Positions 13,545 through 28,410 of a DNA stretch of 64,000 nt are shown here, piece after piece. Below the pieces are notes generated by a model that was not told the origin of the DNA, searched no databases, and saw only the letters and a program-made list of their open reading frames with translations. The position numbers and the translations under genes were made by a program. The first letter of the stretch is position 1. The number at the start of each line of letters is the position of its first letter. The stretch is from Bigelowiella natans CCMP2755 (lineage: Eukaryota > Protista > Cercozoa): NCBI GenBank assembly GCA_000320545.1, contig ADNK01002664.1:62001-126000 (forward strand), read 5' to 3'.

Positions 13545-14484
13545 GTCGAGATGCCTCGATAAATGAAAGATAAGATTACCTCATGCATGGAACATGTATT
13601 GCCTGCATGTTCCATCGCGCGGCAATGCAGCCGCTAAGCTTTTATGGGGTAGTATAGAGGGCGGTGGGGGCGGCGGAGGGGCAGGAGAGGTTAAATTGAC
13701 GAATGATTTTATGATTTGAGTATTTATAATAAATATAGATATTTCATCGATGTATCATGTGGAAAACTACGAGGTGCTGCCTTGATTCCACGAAAACTTT
13801 CGATATCAAAGTTGGGAAAATTTTTAGATATATTTTGTGCAAATCATTGACAAATCGATTAACCTCAAACGATTTGAAGCCACTGTGTAAGGTGTGGTAC
13901 CTCCACTACCGGCTAATAATTCCGCATTGCATTCTCCCCCTCCGACATGAATTTGTAGTTGACGTACAATATAAAAACCCTCTTGAATCGGAAATATTGC
14001 GAGTGTTACAGGCTGTAGCAATACACAGGCACGTGTCTAAAAGAAACCGAAATGTGGGAATGTGGGAAAATTAATAAATCCCATGAACAGAAAAATTATG
14101 CCAAACTGGAGAACGACAAAGAATGTAACTGAATATCCCCAGAAAATCCACGGGTGGATGTGTCACAACACAGAAACGAGGAAATCTACGAGCACGTATT
14201 TTCTTGAAATCAGGAGATCCAGGAAGTCAGGAAGTCAGGAAGTCTCCTAAAACAATGACATTGGGAAATATATTTTAAGAAATATCTAGTGTTTTATGTT
14301 AGAAGTCTTTAAAAGGCCATAAGTTGGCGCCACCATTATTTTGTCATTCTCCTTCATCCATGATATAAATTGAGAGACCTTATACTGACAACATCCTAAT
14401 ATTTATTCCTCACCAATCGTTACACCCAAACCTGCCTCGGGTAATGGAAGAGAGGGTTCTTTTTGAGAGGAGATGGTCCCAAAG

Positions 14485-14595
14485 AGATATGCGAGGAGGC
14501 ATCAAAATCCATGGAAATCTACCAATCGATATGAATCACAACTTGAGATATGCGAGGAGGCATCAAAATCGACCAATCGATATGAATCACAACTT
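14485..14595. repeat. Imperfect tandem duplication (~50-60 nt) upstream of the formin ATG
   Basis: gagatatgcgaggaggcatcaaaatc...accaatcgatatgaatcacaactt occurs twice head-to-tail; the second copy has a ~10 nt internal deletion. Confidence 0.85.
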
Positions 14596-14750
14596 AAATA
14601 TGCAAACTATTGAATAGAGATTGGGTATTAGTGTACTGAGTATCCTCCTCCTCCTCCTCCTCCTCCTCCTCCTCCTCCTCCTCCTCCTCTTTCAACAACA
14701 ACATTCACAGGGATTATTTACTCCAACCATGATGGTTGATACAGACCCTA

Positions 14751-14886
14751 ATGGGCTGCTGTGCCTCTAAAGAAGAAGGTATTAGATACTACTACATTGG
14801 TGGAGAAAAAATAGATATTTCTATCTAATATGCGTATTTACCCTGCAGTTGTATGAATATGATGTCCACAGAAAGTTGATGTGTAG

Positions 14887-14940
<54 letters not shown>

Positions 14941-15177
14941 TCCAGATGGATATATTAAATACACCCTCCTTCCTTTACTACTCCATTGCTTCCTCACACC
15001 GTTACAGGTGACCAGAGCGCTGTAAATCATAATAAAGAAAAGGAGGGAGGAATAGGAAACAAGTATAGAGTTCGGAAGGAGGGGGCAGCAGAAAAGGTTG
15101 CAGCAGCCACAATAAACAGTATGCGATTTGTAATGACTAGAACAAATCAATGAACAGATTCTACTACCTGAAGAAAG

Positions 15178-15216
<39 letters not shown>

Positions 15217-17197
15217 CTGTGTGGATGGCATAGTGATGATTCGTGGTGTGCGGGTTGGGTTTAAGTTGTTGTGTGGTGGTGGCGGTGACGGAATAACCAT
15301 TTATATTACATTAATACACCCAAAACACCATGATACTCTTTATCAATGCTACTTCCTTAATTTCTGCCTCATACGCAAACCCAGGACACACGGAAAGGGG
15401 GGGTTACCCCCCCCCCTCCTCCGGGGGAAATCCCCCTTGGGTGTGGGAAAGACAAGAAGGCTACTACTACTTCCAAAAAGACAGGAGAAGGAGGAGACAG
15501 GATCGAGAGTAGTTCGACTAGAATATTCGTCACATCCCCCTCCTCAAGGTAATCACTATCACTACGACCACACCGTGCTTTTCGGGCGTGGATGGCGGCG
15601 TGTCGCATGAAATGATGCTATGCTGTTTCTAGATGTGGGGTGACGAACTTGTTTTTACGAATTGTTATTCATGATTCTTTTGTTGTGTTTTTATTGCTGA
15701 ATTCAGCAACATGTTGAATCTTCCAGTTCAAAGGTGATAATCATAGTGTGTGTCTCGTTAAGAATGCTGTTTCATGCCATCTTTGTTGTCGTTTCTGGTC
15801 AGCTATTCACAAAATAGTTATATCAAAGGCACTCCTCCAAGGAATCTGTGTTATCTCTCATTCTAATAAACACCACTTCTTCTTTACCCTTCTTCTTCTT
15901 CAATTCATCGTCATCTCAGCAACGTTGGTTGTGTTTGCAGGAAAGGCACTGTGACAGTCATGAGTTTGGAGAGAATCAAGCAGATTTCCAGGGAAAACTC
16001 ACGTAATAACAGGGTTTCTGACAACGTAAGTAGTAGTTATTGTGGGTTGTAGTATTTGTTGTAGTAGTGGTAGTCGTAGCAGTAGTAGTATATCAGTCAA
16101 GCAGTAGGGGAGACGAAGAGGACGATGTTTCTTGAATGATATCCACACTACCTTCCTGCTTCAAGATTATCGTGGAAACGCTAGTTGATTGCAATATCAT
16201 CATCATCATCATCATCATCATCATTATCACCATATATAATGTTTATCGTTATTTGTCCAGGAACATCTGCCAGATGAAGAGCTCCTTGAAAGGCAGTTTC
16301 ACGATCTAATGGTATTTCTTGTTTGTGGCAGTTTATAACCAAAGCGAATAATATCGATAATGGGGTGTTTCTGCTGTTTTTCCTCTTTGTGGAATTATCC
16401 ATACTACCACAGGAGGAAAGGCTGGTTCCTGAGGAAAAAATCAAAGCTCTATCAAGCACTCTCTCACCCGAGCAGGTATTCTTCTTATTAAGATATGATA
16501 TAAACAGTCGATATATATAAATATTTGTTGGTGATTGTTGATGTTGTTAAGAAATGGGGAATGGTAAGTGAAGCCAAGAAGCTAAAGAAGAAAACACCAG
16601 TAGAATGGGTTGCCATCATGTTTTCTCCCAACTTAGAGGCTAAGCAGGTACTTGTACTCGTAGTAGTAATAGTAGTAGTAGTAGTAGTGTAATAGCAGTA
16701 GCAGAAGCACTAGCAATTGTAAATGTAGATATGGCCATGGGGATAGTAACCTAACGTTCATCACCATCCTCGCAACATATATACGCAGCACAAACATATA
16801 GCCATATCCATAAATATGTACTCCATTAGCTTCATGGACTTAAATTAGAGATTTCAGGAGCCGGAAAGCACTTCCTTGAGGTAAAGTATAGATTGTCAAC
16901 CGCAATAATACTGCCACACACATGATCATTGTCATTATTATTAATATTATTATTTTACTAGCATTGTAATTATTATTATTATTATTATTATGACTCTTCT
17001 TTTTCGTCATTGTTGTTGTTTAGGAGTGGGTTGCTAATCAAGGATTACGTGCATTACTACATAAGCTGGATAATTTTCGGTAGATTAGTCATACTGCCTA
17101 TACGTCAATCAATAATAGCCAACACATTCATACGCTTTCGTATTTGCAGCCAATAATTACATCATAAGATGACGTTCATTGTCAACAGTTTTCTTAA

Positions 17198-17228
<31 letters not shown>

Positions 17229-17229
17229 G

Positions 17230-17273
<44 letters not shown>

Positions 17274-18900
17274 TTAATTTATATGTTGCAGACACAGAGT
17301 GTGTTGCTACAACTTCCTTTAAATGTTACTCACGAAACTGCTAATAATAAATAATAATAATAATAATCATCATCATGATTATGATCATCAGAGTAAGGAT
17401 GGAACTACGGCATGGTCTCGTTGAAGTTCTAAGCGCATTTGCTAACAATGGCTATGGCTTACACACGTTAATAGAGGTAGGTAGTAGCAATAGTAGAGTA
17501 TCAATCAAGTAGTAATCTTACCACTAAAACCATCACTCTACTGCCGCAGCTTTCTGTTGTGTCTAACTCTGTTGCTTTCCCGTGATCGTTGTTTTTTCTA
17601 TTTATTATGATTAGTTTCCAGAAGCAGTAAACTCTATTGCATCGGTGCTCTTGAATGGTGATTCTTTACTTAAGAAGAAGGTCATACAGACAACTATCCT
17701 ACTACCATCTGTACCTCTCCATCTCTCACAGTTGCAAGTGACAACGACAACAATGAATATATGCATTTTTTAAAAATCAGATTATGCAATTGCTTATCGC
17801 TTTGAGTTATGAGTCCGAAGAGGGCCGGGAAAGCGTCATGGAGGCGTTAGCACAGCCTAAGTTCCAACGGTACTACATTTAGTAGTAGTAGTACTGATAG
17901 CGAATGAGAAACATATATATGATGATGATGATGATGATGATGATTGATGATGATGATTGATGATGATGATCATGCTCACACCGACGATGGTAATTGTACG
18001 AGTGGTGATGTTGGTGATTGAATGTATGAATTGATGTATGTATGTGCTGTATTGCTTTCTGGACACCCCCCCCCCGATTCCCCCCTCCCTCTTCGTAGGC
18101 GGTTCCAAGTATTGGTGCAAATGGTGGAGGAGGAAAAGGTATTAATAGCAGTATAGTAGCAGTAATAGCAGTATAGTAGCAGTAGTAATAGACGTAAAGA
18201 GCACTCAAAGAAGTCCCTCTCCTCCTCCTCCTCCTCCTCCTCCTGCACCTGCTGCTGCTGCTGCTGGGAATGGTTATGTGATCACTACCTACCGCACTTA
18301 CCATTACGTGATACATAATCTAATCAGCATTGTCTTCTATGCAACACAAACACTAATCATTCATACCCAAAGGATTTGAATTTACGTGTGGATGTTGCAA
18401 CCCTGCTCAATACGCTTGTTAGCTCTCCTCAAGAGGTACTACTAGAATAGTCAGTTATAAGTCCGAAAACAATCCATCACCTATATTCTATTCCCATATG
18501 CATTCTCATTTACTACTTAAATGATGATGATGATGAGTAGGTGGAGAGACGCGTTAAGATAAGGTATGAGCTCCTCGATCTCAACTACAAAAACGTGCTG
18601 CACAAGGTGATATTTTTGCATGAGGCGTCGTAATAAAGAGCTTCTTCTATCTACCAAAACTATTGGCAACAGCACTCTAGTCGAATAATGATGATCGGCC
18701 ACCTATTGTGTGTCATATGCATGATGATGATGATGATGATGATGATGATGTGTTTATACAACTTGCCTTTCTTCTTCGTCTTCCTCTCCACCTTTATTCC
18801 TTGATAATGTTCATTCTTTTATTGTCATTAGGCTGAAGCTCACTTTGGCCAAGTTAAAGGGGATGGATCCAAAGTATGCTGCTCAACGCTACTACTACTG

Positions 18901-18936
<36 letters not shown>

Positions 18937-19881
18937 ATTTTGATAGTAATAATATTACAACAACCCAATAACTGTGCAGATCTAGCACTATCCATTAGTG
19001 GTAATATCCATCCATTTAGACCCTATTATTGTTTGGAGGATGATCCATTTTGGTGGAATAGTGTGCTGCCGATGAATGGCGTCTTTTGTGCTTGATGATT
19101 GTCGTTTATTTTTGGTAGTGTGAAGTAGGAGTCGTAGGTTGATATGCCATCATCATGATCATCATTTTTTTCCAGGTGTATGGGCTATTTAGAACTCAAA
19201 TGAATGTATTCGGTAAGTAGTGACTAGAAGAGGAAGAGGAAGAGGAGGAGGATACGATGACGGAAGTGATGACAACCACCAATGAATCATAATCTTTGAC
19301 AACATATTCTTTGTATGACAGAGGAGGAGATGAAGTCAGATGTCCTCGAGACTTTGTATGATAGAGTGGATCTCTCTGATTTGGATGAGGTAGGCGCAGT
19401 AGTAGTAGTAGTTCTAGTGTATAATACACGTATATAGTACCAGTTAGTTGCCTATTAATTTATCACCAACGATCAATTCACATCCATCATCGTCGCTTCT
19501 AGGTTCTCCACTATATGCGCGAATTTAGCGGACAAGTTGGTAATAATGGAAGCAGGGGGGGGGGAGGAGAAAGAGCATAACACGAAGGAGAGGGTGAATA
19601 ACGACACCAAAGAAGAAGAAGAACGAAAACATAACACATAACAATACATAACAATAATAGCAATTCTTCTTTTTATTCATCTTTGTTTGCTGCCATAATG
19701 TAATGCTCTTTGATTGGCACTACTACAGGTCATTCCCACGATTTACTTCAAATGATGCACCCTATGATGAAAATCCCTTCTGATAAGTAAGTAGCAATCA
19801 TCCAAAGGGACAATCAGGAAGAGAAAGAGCGAGTGTGAGTGAGTGGGAAAATGATGGAGAGAATACAGAGAAAACGATAAC

Positions 19882-19914
<33 letters not shown>

Positions 19915-20952
19915 AAGACGAATAATGAAGATACATATCTTCTCTCTGCACAACTCTCTGTTGTACGGGTGGATGAGGAGGGGCGTAAACTATGTACACC
20001 AGCCATTTAATGTGTTGCATCATCATCATTTTTCATCATGTTCATCGGTATTGTTGTTGTTGTTGTTGTCCCCGTTGTGTTGATCATCTCATCAAGTTAT
20101 TATTAACAGTATGGTGTGTTATGGTGTATGGTAATGATCAGATCTGGTGATAAAACATGGAAGTCTTTGGTGCATATAGTGAACAAAGCATGCTCTTGGT
20201 TCAATGAGGAGGAGGAGGAGGAGGAGGAGGAGGAGGAGGAGGAGGGAGGAGAAGCAAACTATCCCAACGACAATGAAGGCAACAGTAAACAGGTGGTATA
20301 TAGAAGATGCATAATACTACTAAGGCATCGTGACGACGAGGATGATAATAACAACTGCATCTACTATTACTACAGCTACTGCTGCTACTACTAATACTGA
20401 ATCTAATACACTTTAAAAAGGAAGAAAAGGAGAAGAAGAGAGCAGATGACCACGAGGAAGAAGAGGAGGACGAGCTTTCAGGTAGTACGTACTACAAGGG
20501 ATATGATAATAGTAACAATAATACTACCAATGAAAAGAGGAGGAAAGAACACTTCATAATGTGTGGCGGGATATACACAAATTGCTACATGTCTAGACGA
20601 ATTGTTTTAGCACCAAAACAGGATAGAATATACTATTACTACACATGTTATTATAGTTATTATAATTATTATTATTTTAATTATGATATCACACACTATC
20701 TCAACACTCACGAGAAAGAGGCAATAATTACACTCTTCGTCGTAACAACGATAATTTCTCAAGTGTGTGTGATCTCTACGATCAGATATCGATGAAAGCA
20801 CAGATTCAAGGCCATTCACTTACCATGAGCTTATAGAAGAACTTAAGGTACCGCTGCTGCTGTTTAAAACCATACAACAATAACAACAGCAACAACAACA
20901 CTCGTGTAGCTTCAAACTCAACAAATGAATTCCTTAATTAAAAAATATTTTA

Positions 20953-20989
<37 letters not shown>

Positions 20990-21045
20990 ATTTTTCCAAC
21001 ACCCTTTATTTACGGCGTAAGTATCATCTATTTCTGTGATTGTCC

Positions 21046-21077
<32 letters not shown>

Positions 21078-21975
21078 GCATATGCTGCGTACGTAGAACT
21101 ACAAAGTTCATTCACGGGAAGAAGAGAAAAAGTGATCGATTATTCTCTTGTCGTTGCACGATATTACATCATTCATACACATTTGAGAAATAAATACTTC
21201 TTCTCACCGTAATTAGCAAAAGCATTGGGTTGCCCCTCCGGTTGTTGTTGTTACATCATATGAATACCTACTACAATAATATCATCACCATCATAATTTT
21301 TATCTCCAGGGCAGAAATGGAGGTGAAGAATAAGTTAGATGGCCTTGAAAAAGGTAGGTAGGCATGTCATGTTGGCGTAGCATTGAGCTGCTCTACTACT
21401 GCATACGATAATGATGATGATGATGATGATGATGATGATGTTGTTGTGCATACACTAACTACTCTGTGGCCCCAAGTACCTTCTAACATTAGTGTCGTCA
21501 ATAAATGTTACTATACACACTGCTGCTACTACTGCTGCAGCTCTGATTCTTCCTAACTATATCTGCATTATTCTTCAACACATTACTACCATTTCATGAC
21601 GACAACAGAGAGACATCAACTGAAGCTGCGAGAAAGCAGGTTATTATATCGTTAGAAAGATAACGTAATTATCGTTCAACTGAATGCATGATGAGACCTA
21701 TCAGCATATCAGCCTCGCCATTATTATTGTCACCGGCCACCAACTGCTAAGCAGTCTCGCGCAAGTCATTAGTAGTAGTGGTGGTAGTAGTAGTAGCAGT
21801 AAATGCTGATAATAACCACTGTCCTACGATGATTCTTAGTCTCATGGATGATCTCAAGAAATCCAACAAATCAGCAAGAAATCAGGAACTCGAAACTATA
21901 AAAGCAAAGGTCATAATTTAAACATACACACACGCTACACTAAGTATGACTTTTAAGGAATAATACGTAAGACAG

Positions 21976-22009
<34 letters not shown>

Positions 22010-22129
22010 AACCATCTCCCATCATTGAATTTTGTTGGTGATGATACTACAATTTAGGACGAAAACGCTAAGTTGAGAGCCGAATTTGAAGCTATGAAAG
22101 AAAAATTCAATAAAGTCATAATTGTAGTC

Positions 22130-22162
<33 letters not shown>

Positions 22163-22257
22163 TATTCTTGTAGTATTTGTCAGTTGTGCACGTAGTAGTA
22201 GTAGTAGTAGTAGTAGTAGTATATTTGCCTTCTCATACTTTATAACAAAATTTGTTT

Positions 22258-22294
<37 letters not shown>

Positions 22295-23458
22295 TTCCGC
22301 CTCTACCCCCCCACTCTTTAATCTTGTTCGGTTCTTGTCTCATCTTACTGTTTTGGGTTTTATGGTGGCAGATGCAGCAGGAGACTGAAGAGGCTAAGAA
22401 AACAGTAGTAGCACTAGTAGTAGCAGTTGTAGTTGTTGTGTGTTGTAATTTATGGATGTGTGTTTTGTGTAAAGGTTGAAAGACAAATGAAGGAAATTGA
22501 GTCGTTAAAAAAAGAGCAAGATTCCAAGAACACTGTAATGACGAAGAATGATGCTGATGCATATGTTGTAGAAGGAGGAGGAGGAGGCCTCCTATCGTCA
22601 TTATAATCAGATTTATTTATTATCCTTCTCACTTGTTTTTTGTTATCCTTTAGGAGCAATCAGGTGCTGCTGAGGCGGAGATAAAACAGCTCAAAGACGA
22701 GATTACGAGACTGAAACAAGATGTTGCTGCAGGTCCTTTCGTGTAACTACAATTGCTACAACTACTACTTTTTACTCCTCGATTGTGCATCATCATCATC
22801 ATCATTAGCATCACATCCCCAGACTGTTGACAACTCTATTATTAAATAATTTCAACCATCATTCTTGTATAGGAACAACAACTGCTGCGAAGATCCCCCT
22901 TCCCCCATCTACGGGAACCATTCCTCTTCCGCCTTCGATGGGAGGAGTTATTCCCCCACCCCCCTCAATGGGAGGTATTCCCCCACCACCTTCAACGGAG
23001 GCATTCCCCCACCACCTTCAATGGGAGGCATTCCCCACCCCCCTCAATGGGAGGCATTCCCCCACCACCATCAATGGGAGGCATTCCCCCACCACCTTCA
23101 ATGGGAGGCATTCCCCCTCCCCCCTCAATGGGAGGTATTCCCCCACCACCTTCAATGGGAGGCATTCCAGCTCCTCCTGGAGGAATTGGCTTACCCCCTC
23201 CCCCAGGTATACATAATGTGTAAAGAGAGCGTGAGTGGTCACGACTACTTTTTAGAATATACTCATTGGGTACTGAGTATCATTCGTGTTCTTTGATAAG
23301 AAGACAAGGATAATACATTGTTATATATAGCAGCAATGTACTATTCCTGTTAGACAATTATGGCACTATCACTACTACTACTACTACTACTACTATTATC
23401 CCAAGATAGAGATACCAATACCTTCGCCCCCCTACCAATGTAATAATATACCATATAC

Positions 23459-23514
<56 letters not shown>

Positions 23515-24054
23515 GATGTAGGTGGTATAGGCCCCCCTCCTATGATGATGGGCCTTCCTCCCTCTATCCAGCAGCAAACGGTGCTACTACTATGTACCAG
23601 GAGTAGTAGTAATAGTAGTAGTTATAGTAGTAGTAGTCGTACTAGTAGTTAACGGCAAGACTACTACGCAATAATGCCTACATTGATCCTAAGTTTGATA
23701 ATGATGATGATGATAGTATTAGGTTGATGCTACTACTCGTACTGGTAGCATTATTAATCGGCATCCATTGCTGTTACAGGTAAAAGTTCCTTACGAAAAG
23801 AAAAAGCTAGACTATATTAAGACCAAGACCAAAGTGCTGCATTGGGCGCCTATAAAGCTGATTGACATCACCAAGACATGCTGGAATAAGCTTTCAGATC
23901 AAGAAGTGCAATTTGATGCAAAGATCTTAGAGCAGTCGTTTGCTGTCGTGAAACGGGTTGGTAGTCGTCGTAGTAATAGTAGTAGACTGCTTATTATTCT
24001 ACACAACCCTAAACTTAATAAAGGACACGATCAATGACGATGATGACCACACAT

Positions 24055-24097
<43 letters not shown>

Positions 24098-24529
24098 ATT
24101 GTGTAAAATACAAACACCTGCTGTGTGTCATCGGTCGGTGCCTGTTAGGTAGCAAAATACATTTAGAAGCAGTAATAGTAGTAGTAGTAGTAATAACACA
24201 CAGTCTTCTCTGTTGTCAGAAAAAGGGAGGAGGAGGAGGAGGAGGAGGAGGAAGAGGAAGTAATCGTAGCCCAGGAGGCGGAGGAGCTAAAAAGAAAAAG
24301 AAGGAGGTGCTTTCCAAACATCGTCTTAAGGAGGAACAAACTATTAACATTTAACATGCTCAAAAAATCAGATATGGATTAGTTGTTGTTCATTGTACTA
24401 AGATATGTAGAAATGCCCTCAGGTATAAGAGTTGTTGTTGTTGTTGTTTTGTTGTTGTAAGCAGATTGTGACGTTGCTAGACAGTAAACGATCCTACAAC
24501 ATCAAGTAGTTATTGTTGCTTCTTCTTCT

Positions 24530-24565
<36 letters not shown>

Positions 24566-25974
24566 CTGTTTCTGATGATAGTCTTCCTCTCACTCTCATA
24601 CTATATAACGAAGTGATACTTTGTTGATAACCTCCTCATCCTCCTCTTCCCCCCATTCGTTAGTATTGCTCTAGCACGGTTTAAGATGAGCCACGATGTT
24701 ATTCGTGGTGCTTTGCTAAGGATGGACTCAGAAACATTGGTAGTAATATTATTATAACCCATTAATTAACAACAACTTGAAAATAGTGTTTGTGCATCTT
24801 ATTATGCTAACTAATGCGGCAAATAAAGATAAGAATAGGAACAACAACTAAAATTATGATCATTGCTCCTACTATTACTACTACCACTACTACTACTACT
24901 ACTACATTCGATGGATCACACACACACAGTGAATGTTGTTGTTGTTGTTGATGTTGTTCATCTTCTTCCTTAGGATGAAGACAAACTGGTAGCTTTAGCG
25001 AAGTGTAAGCCAGAAGCTGGGGAACTCGATACAGTAATAATATTGTTGCTTGCAGTGCTCATCAGCAGCCTGGAGTCATATTAGTCTGTCCCACAACAAC
25101 AAACTACCTACTACACCATAAGTAGCTAGCATTTTTATCATCATCATTATCATCATCATCATCATCATTATACGGTGCTCAGGTAACATCATACGATGGT
25201 GATGTTTCATCTTTGGGGTCAGTAGAGCAGTTTTTCCTCAAGGTTGATGATGATGATAATGATGATGATGATGATGATGATAACGACGATGATAATTATG
25301 ATGGTAATGATGAAAATGATGATGATGATAATGATGATGATGATGATAATGTGGTTATAGGAGTGGTAGTGGTAGTGGCAGTGGTGGCACTACTGCTGCT
25401 GCTACCTACGAATAGTGTTTAGCAATTTATGTAAGTTGATATGTTCTGTACGTTTTTGGGAGCATGGTCTGATTGTATTGGTGTATTACTACTACTTTGT
25501 GTGTCTGCTGCTTTTAGCTAAGTGAGATTCCTCAAGTTCAGTTCAGAATCGACGCTTTTCTCTTTAAAGTAAGTATAATGAAAGATTAGATAGAATAGAT
25601 GGAGGACGGCGAGAACAATAAGGAGGAGGAGGAGGAGGAGGACAACATGAAATTGCCTTATCTTGAATGACAAAATGAAGAAGAAGAAGAAGAAGAAGAA
25701 GAAGAAGATACCTTCACCACAGGATATTGTGACTAAAAATAAGGGAAAACGCTTTTGTATGACCATCCACTGTTAGAAAGCATAATCATTATCATCATCA
25801 TCATCATCATCGAGAATGTTCTCCTTCTTCATTATTCAGATTCGTTTTGAGAAGAATGTGGCAGAGTTACAAGAAATGGTATTTTTATCATTATTATTCA
25901 TACCCCAACATTATGCCAATTTACACCACCTTGTTGCTGCTATCATCTACTTTGTGTGGAGATGGTGGTAGTAT

Positions 25975-26010
<36 letters not shown>

Positions 26011-27955
26011 GGACATAAGAAGTAGGATGAGGAATAAATACCAGTGTGAGTACAGCTTGAAAAGAAGAAGAAGAAGAAGAAGAAGAAGAAGAAGATGATG
26101 ATGATGAGATTCCCATGGTTGACACCCTTTATAGAGTATGATCATCATCTTCTTCTTCTTCGTCGTCGTCTTCTTCTTGAGCATCATCATCATCAGTAGC
26201 ATCATCATCATCATCATCATCATTTTCATTTTTATTTTCATTAGGTTGATGTTCTTAAACTAGCAACAAGTTGTGTGAGTGAATCGAAGCACTTCAAGAC
26301 GGTGTTAGAGTACATTCTAGCACTTGGAAACTATTTAAATCATGCCAATAAAAAGAAGGTAATGCGTAGCTAGCAGCACTAGTAGAATTAGTGCATGGTG
26401 GGGAGAAGAGACATTAACACACTACAACGCATATACACGTAAGAATGAGTCTATACATGCTTCGAATGACTTTATCATCATCATCATCATCATCATCATT
26501 GTTCCTGTTGGTATTAGGGTTGTGCGTATGGAGTACGTTTGAGCTCTTTGGACAAGTTCAAAGGAATGAAATCGTCAGATCAGAAAACGAATCTACTTGA
26601 GTTCCTCGGTATTATTATTAGTAGTAGTATCATTATTATTATTACTATGATAATTATTATGATAGTTATTACGAGATTAGGATAGAAGTGAAGAGGTTCG
26701 GTTGAATAAATTGTGGTGATTTGATCGATCATCAGGTGGTGTAGGATTAATTCATTGATAAGAACCTCTCTTCACCACTTGTTAATACTATGTGAGCTTA
26801 TCCCATGATCGTAATTATGTTTATAATGTACATCTCACCAGTTGTCACCTTGCGCAAATTCAAGCCAGAAGCCGCCGAGTTCGTGGAGGAATTTAAGGCA
26901 TTATCACTTACATGCATTGCATTGCATTGTATCTATTTCCAGCTCTGCCAAGAGTATCGTAATGATGATGATAATCATCACTTTCTTCTCTTGTCATTGT
27001 AAATAGCAGTGACTCATAGTATGGCATGAGCATTTGTTGTCGTATTGTTGTTGATTTATTGGTCAATTGATCAGGTACTTCCTGCAGCAGCTAAATTAGA
27101 TATTACTTTCCTAGAATCCTCGGTGATATTCACTCACACATCATACAGTTGCTAGCTACTACGTTACTACTTCTGCTACTACATCACTGACATGCAACAA
27201 TGGCTAGATCATGGTGATGATGATGATAATTACATGGATGTGCTACTGCAACCAACCAATGATGAGAAGAAGAAGAAGAAGAAGAAGAAGAGATGACGAT
27301 GATGAGGATGATGATGTTGGACTTCAAAGCACTAATTGTAGCCTCTTCTTCTTCTTCTTCTTTTGATATTATTTGCTGCTGCTGTAAAAGGTTGGGAAGA
27401 CTCTCGGAATGGTAAATCGAATCGGAAAAGCGGCGAAATCGGTGATAGTGTATTCCATAGTTATAGTTGTGTTGTAGAAGGAAGTAATCACTTTGGCTAT
27501 TTGCTGCTGTATATTAATATCACTATTATTACTAATTATTATTCTCACACGGCAGTATGAATCTACCAATGCCACATATTGATTGATTCATTCATCGGTT
27601 TATTGCATTGATCTTTGTTTAGGCAAAGACTGATGGCACTGATCGATTTGGGCCTGTTATGCAAGCTTTCTACGATGAGGTTAGTAGTAGTAGTAGTAGT
27701 AGTAGTAGTGGATATCAGAAGCAGTATCCTTCATTCATTGTCTATCAGGCAAAGCAGAAAATGGACGATTTGGGCAGTGATTTAAAAAGTGGCAATAAAG
27801 GTAACAAACAATACAAGAAGTAGTACGATGTCTATGTGTGTGTGTGTATGTGTGTGTGTGTTTGGTGCAGTAAGAATTTCCCCAATTATGTTGATAGACA
27901 TATTCTTTATGATACCTACCTCAGGAGATGAAGCAAACTGTTACATTCTATGGTA

Positions 27956-27994
<39 letters not shown>

Positions 27995-28410
27995 CAGCAG
28001 CGACATATTATGTCACCACACACGTGCTAGTAGTAGAAATTCAGAATCTAATAACATATTATATGTAGTTTGTTGCCTTGTTGTTGTTGGTTGTCCATGA
28101 ATAGTAACATGTGCCGTAAGAAGGGAGTAGAGATGAATCTGAGTTTTTTATTTTACTTTACGACAGTAATAACAAAAATGATGCATGACGACAACGAGAA
28201 CAATTAATGGACAAATAATGGACAATTAATGACGATACGACTTTACAAATACCAAACAGTGTGTTGACAGTAGTAGTAGTAATCGTAATATATTTGCCTC
28301 CTCAATTTTTTTCTCTTACGCCTCCCTTCCTCCTTGTAGGAGAAGATGCGAAGAAAGTTGCTAGTTCTGAATTTCTCCAATATTTCATTGGCTTTGCTGA
28401 TAGCTTCAAG

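Noticed and set aside
13757-14250. ORFs of 60-105 aa between the oxidoreductase and formin
   Set aside because: No motif or splice support. Likely promoter or UTR sequence.
22895-23206. Regular ~27-nt repeat array superficially like a CRISPR array
   Set aside because: No unique spacers. It encodes the formin FH1 poly-proline repeats in a eukaryotic gene.
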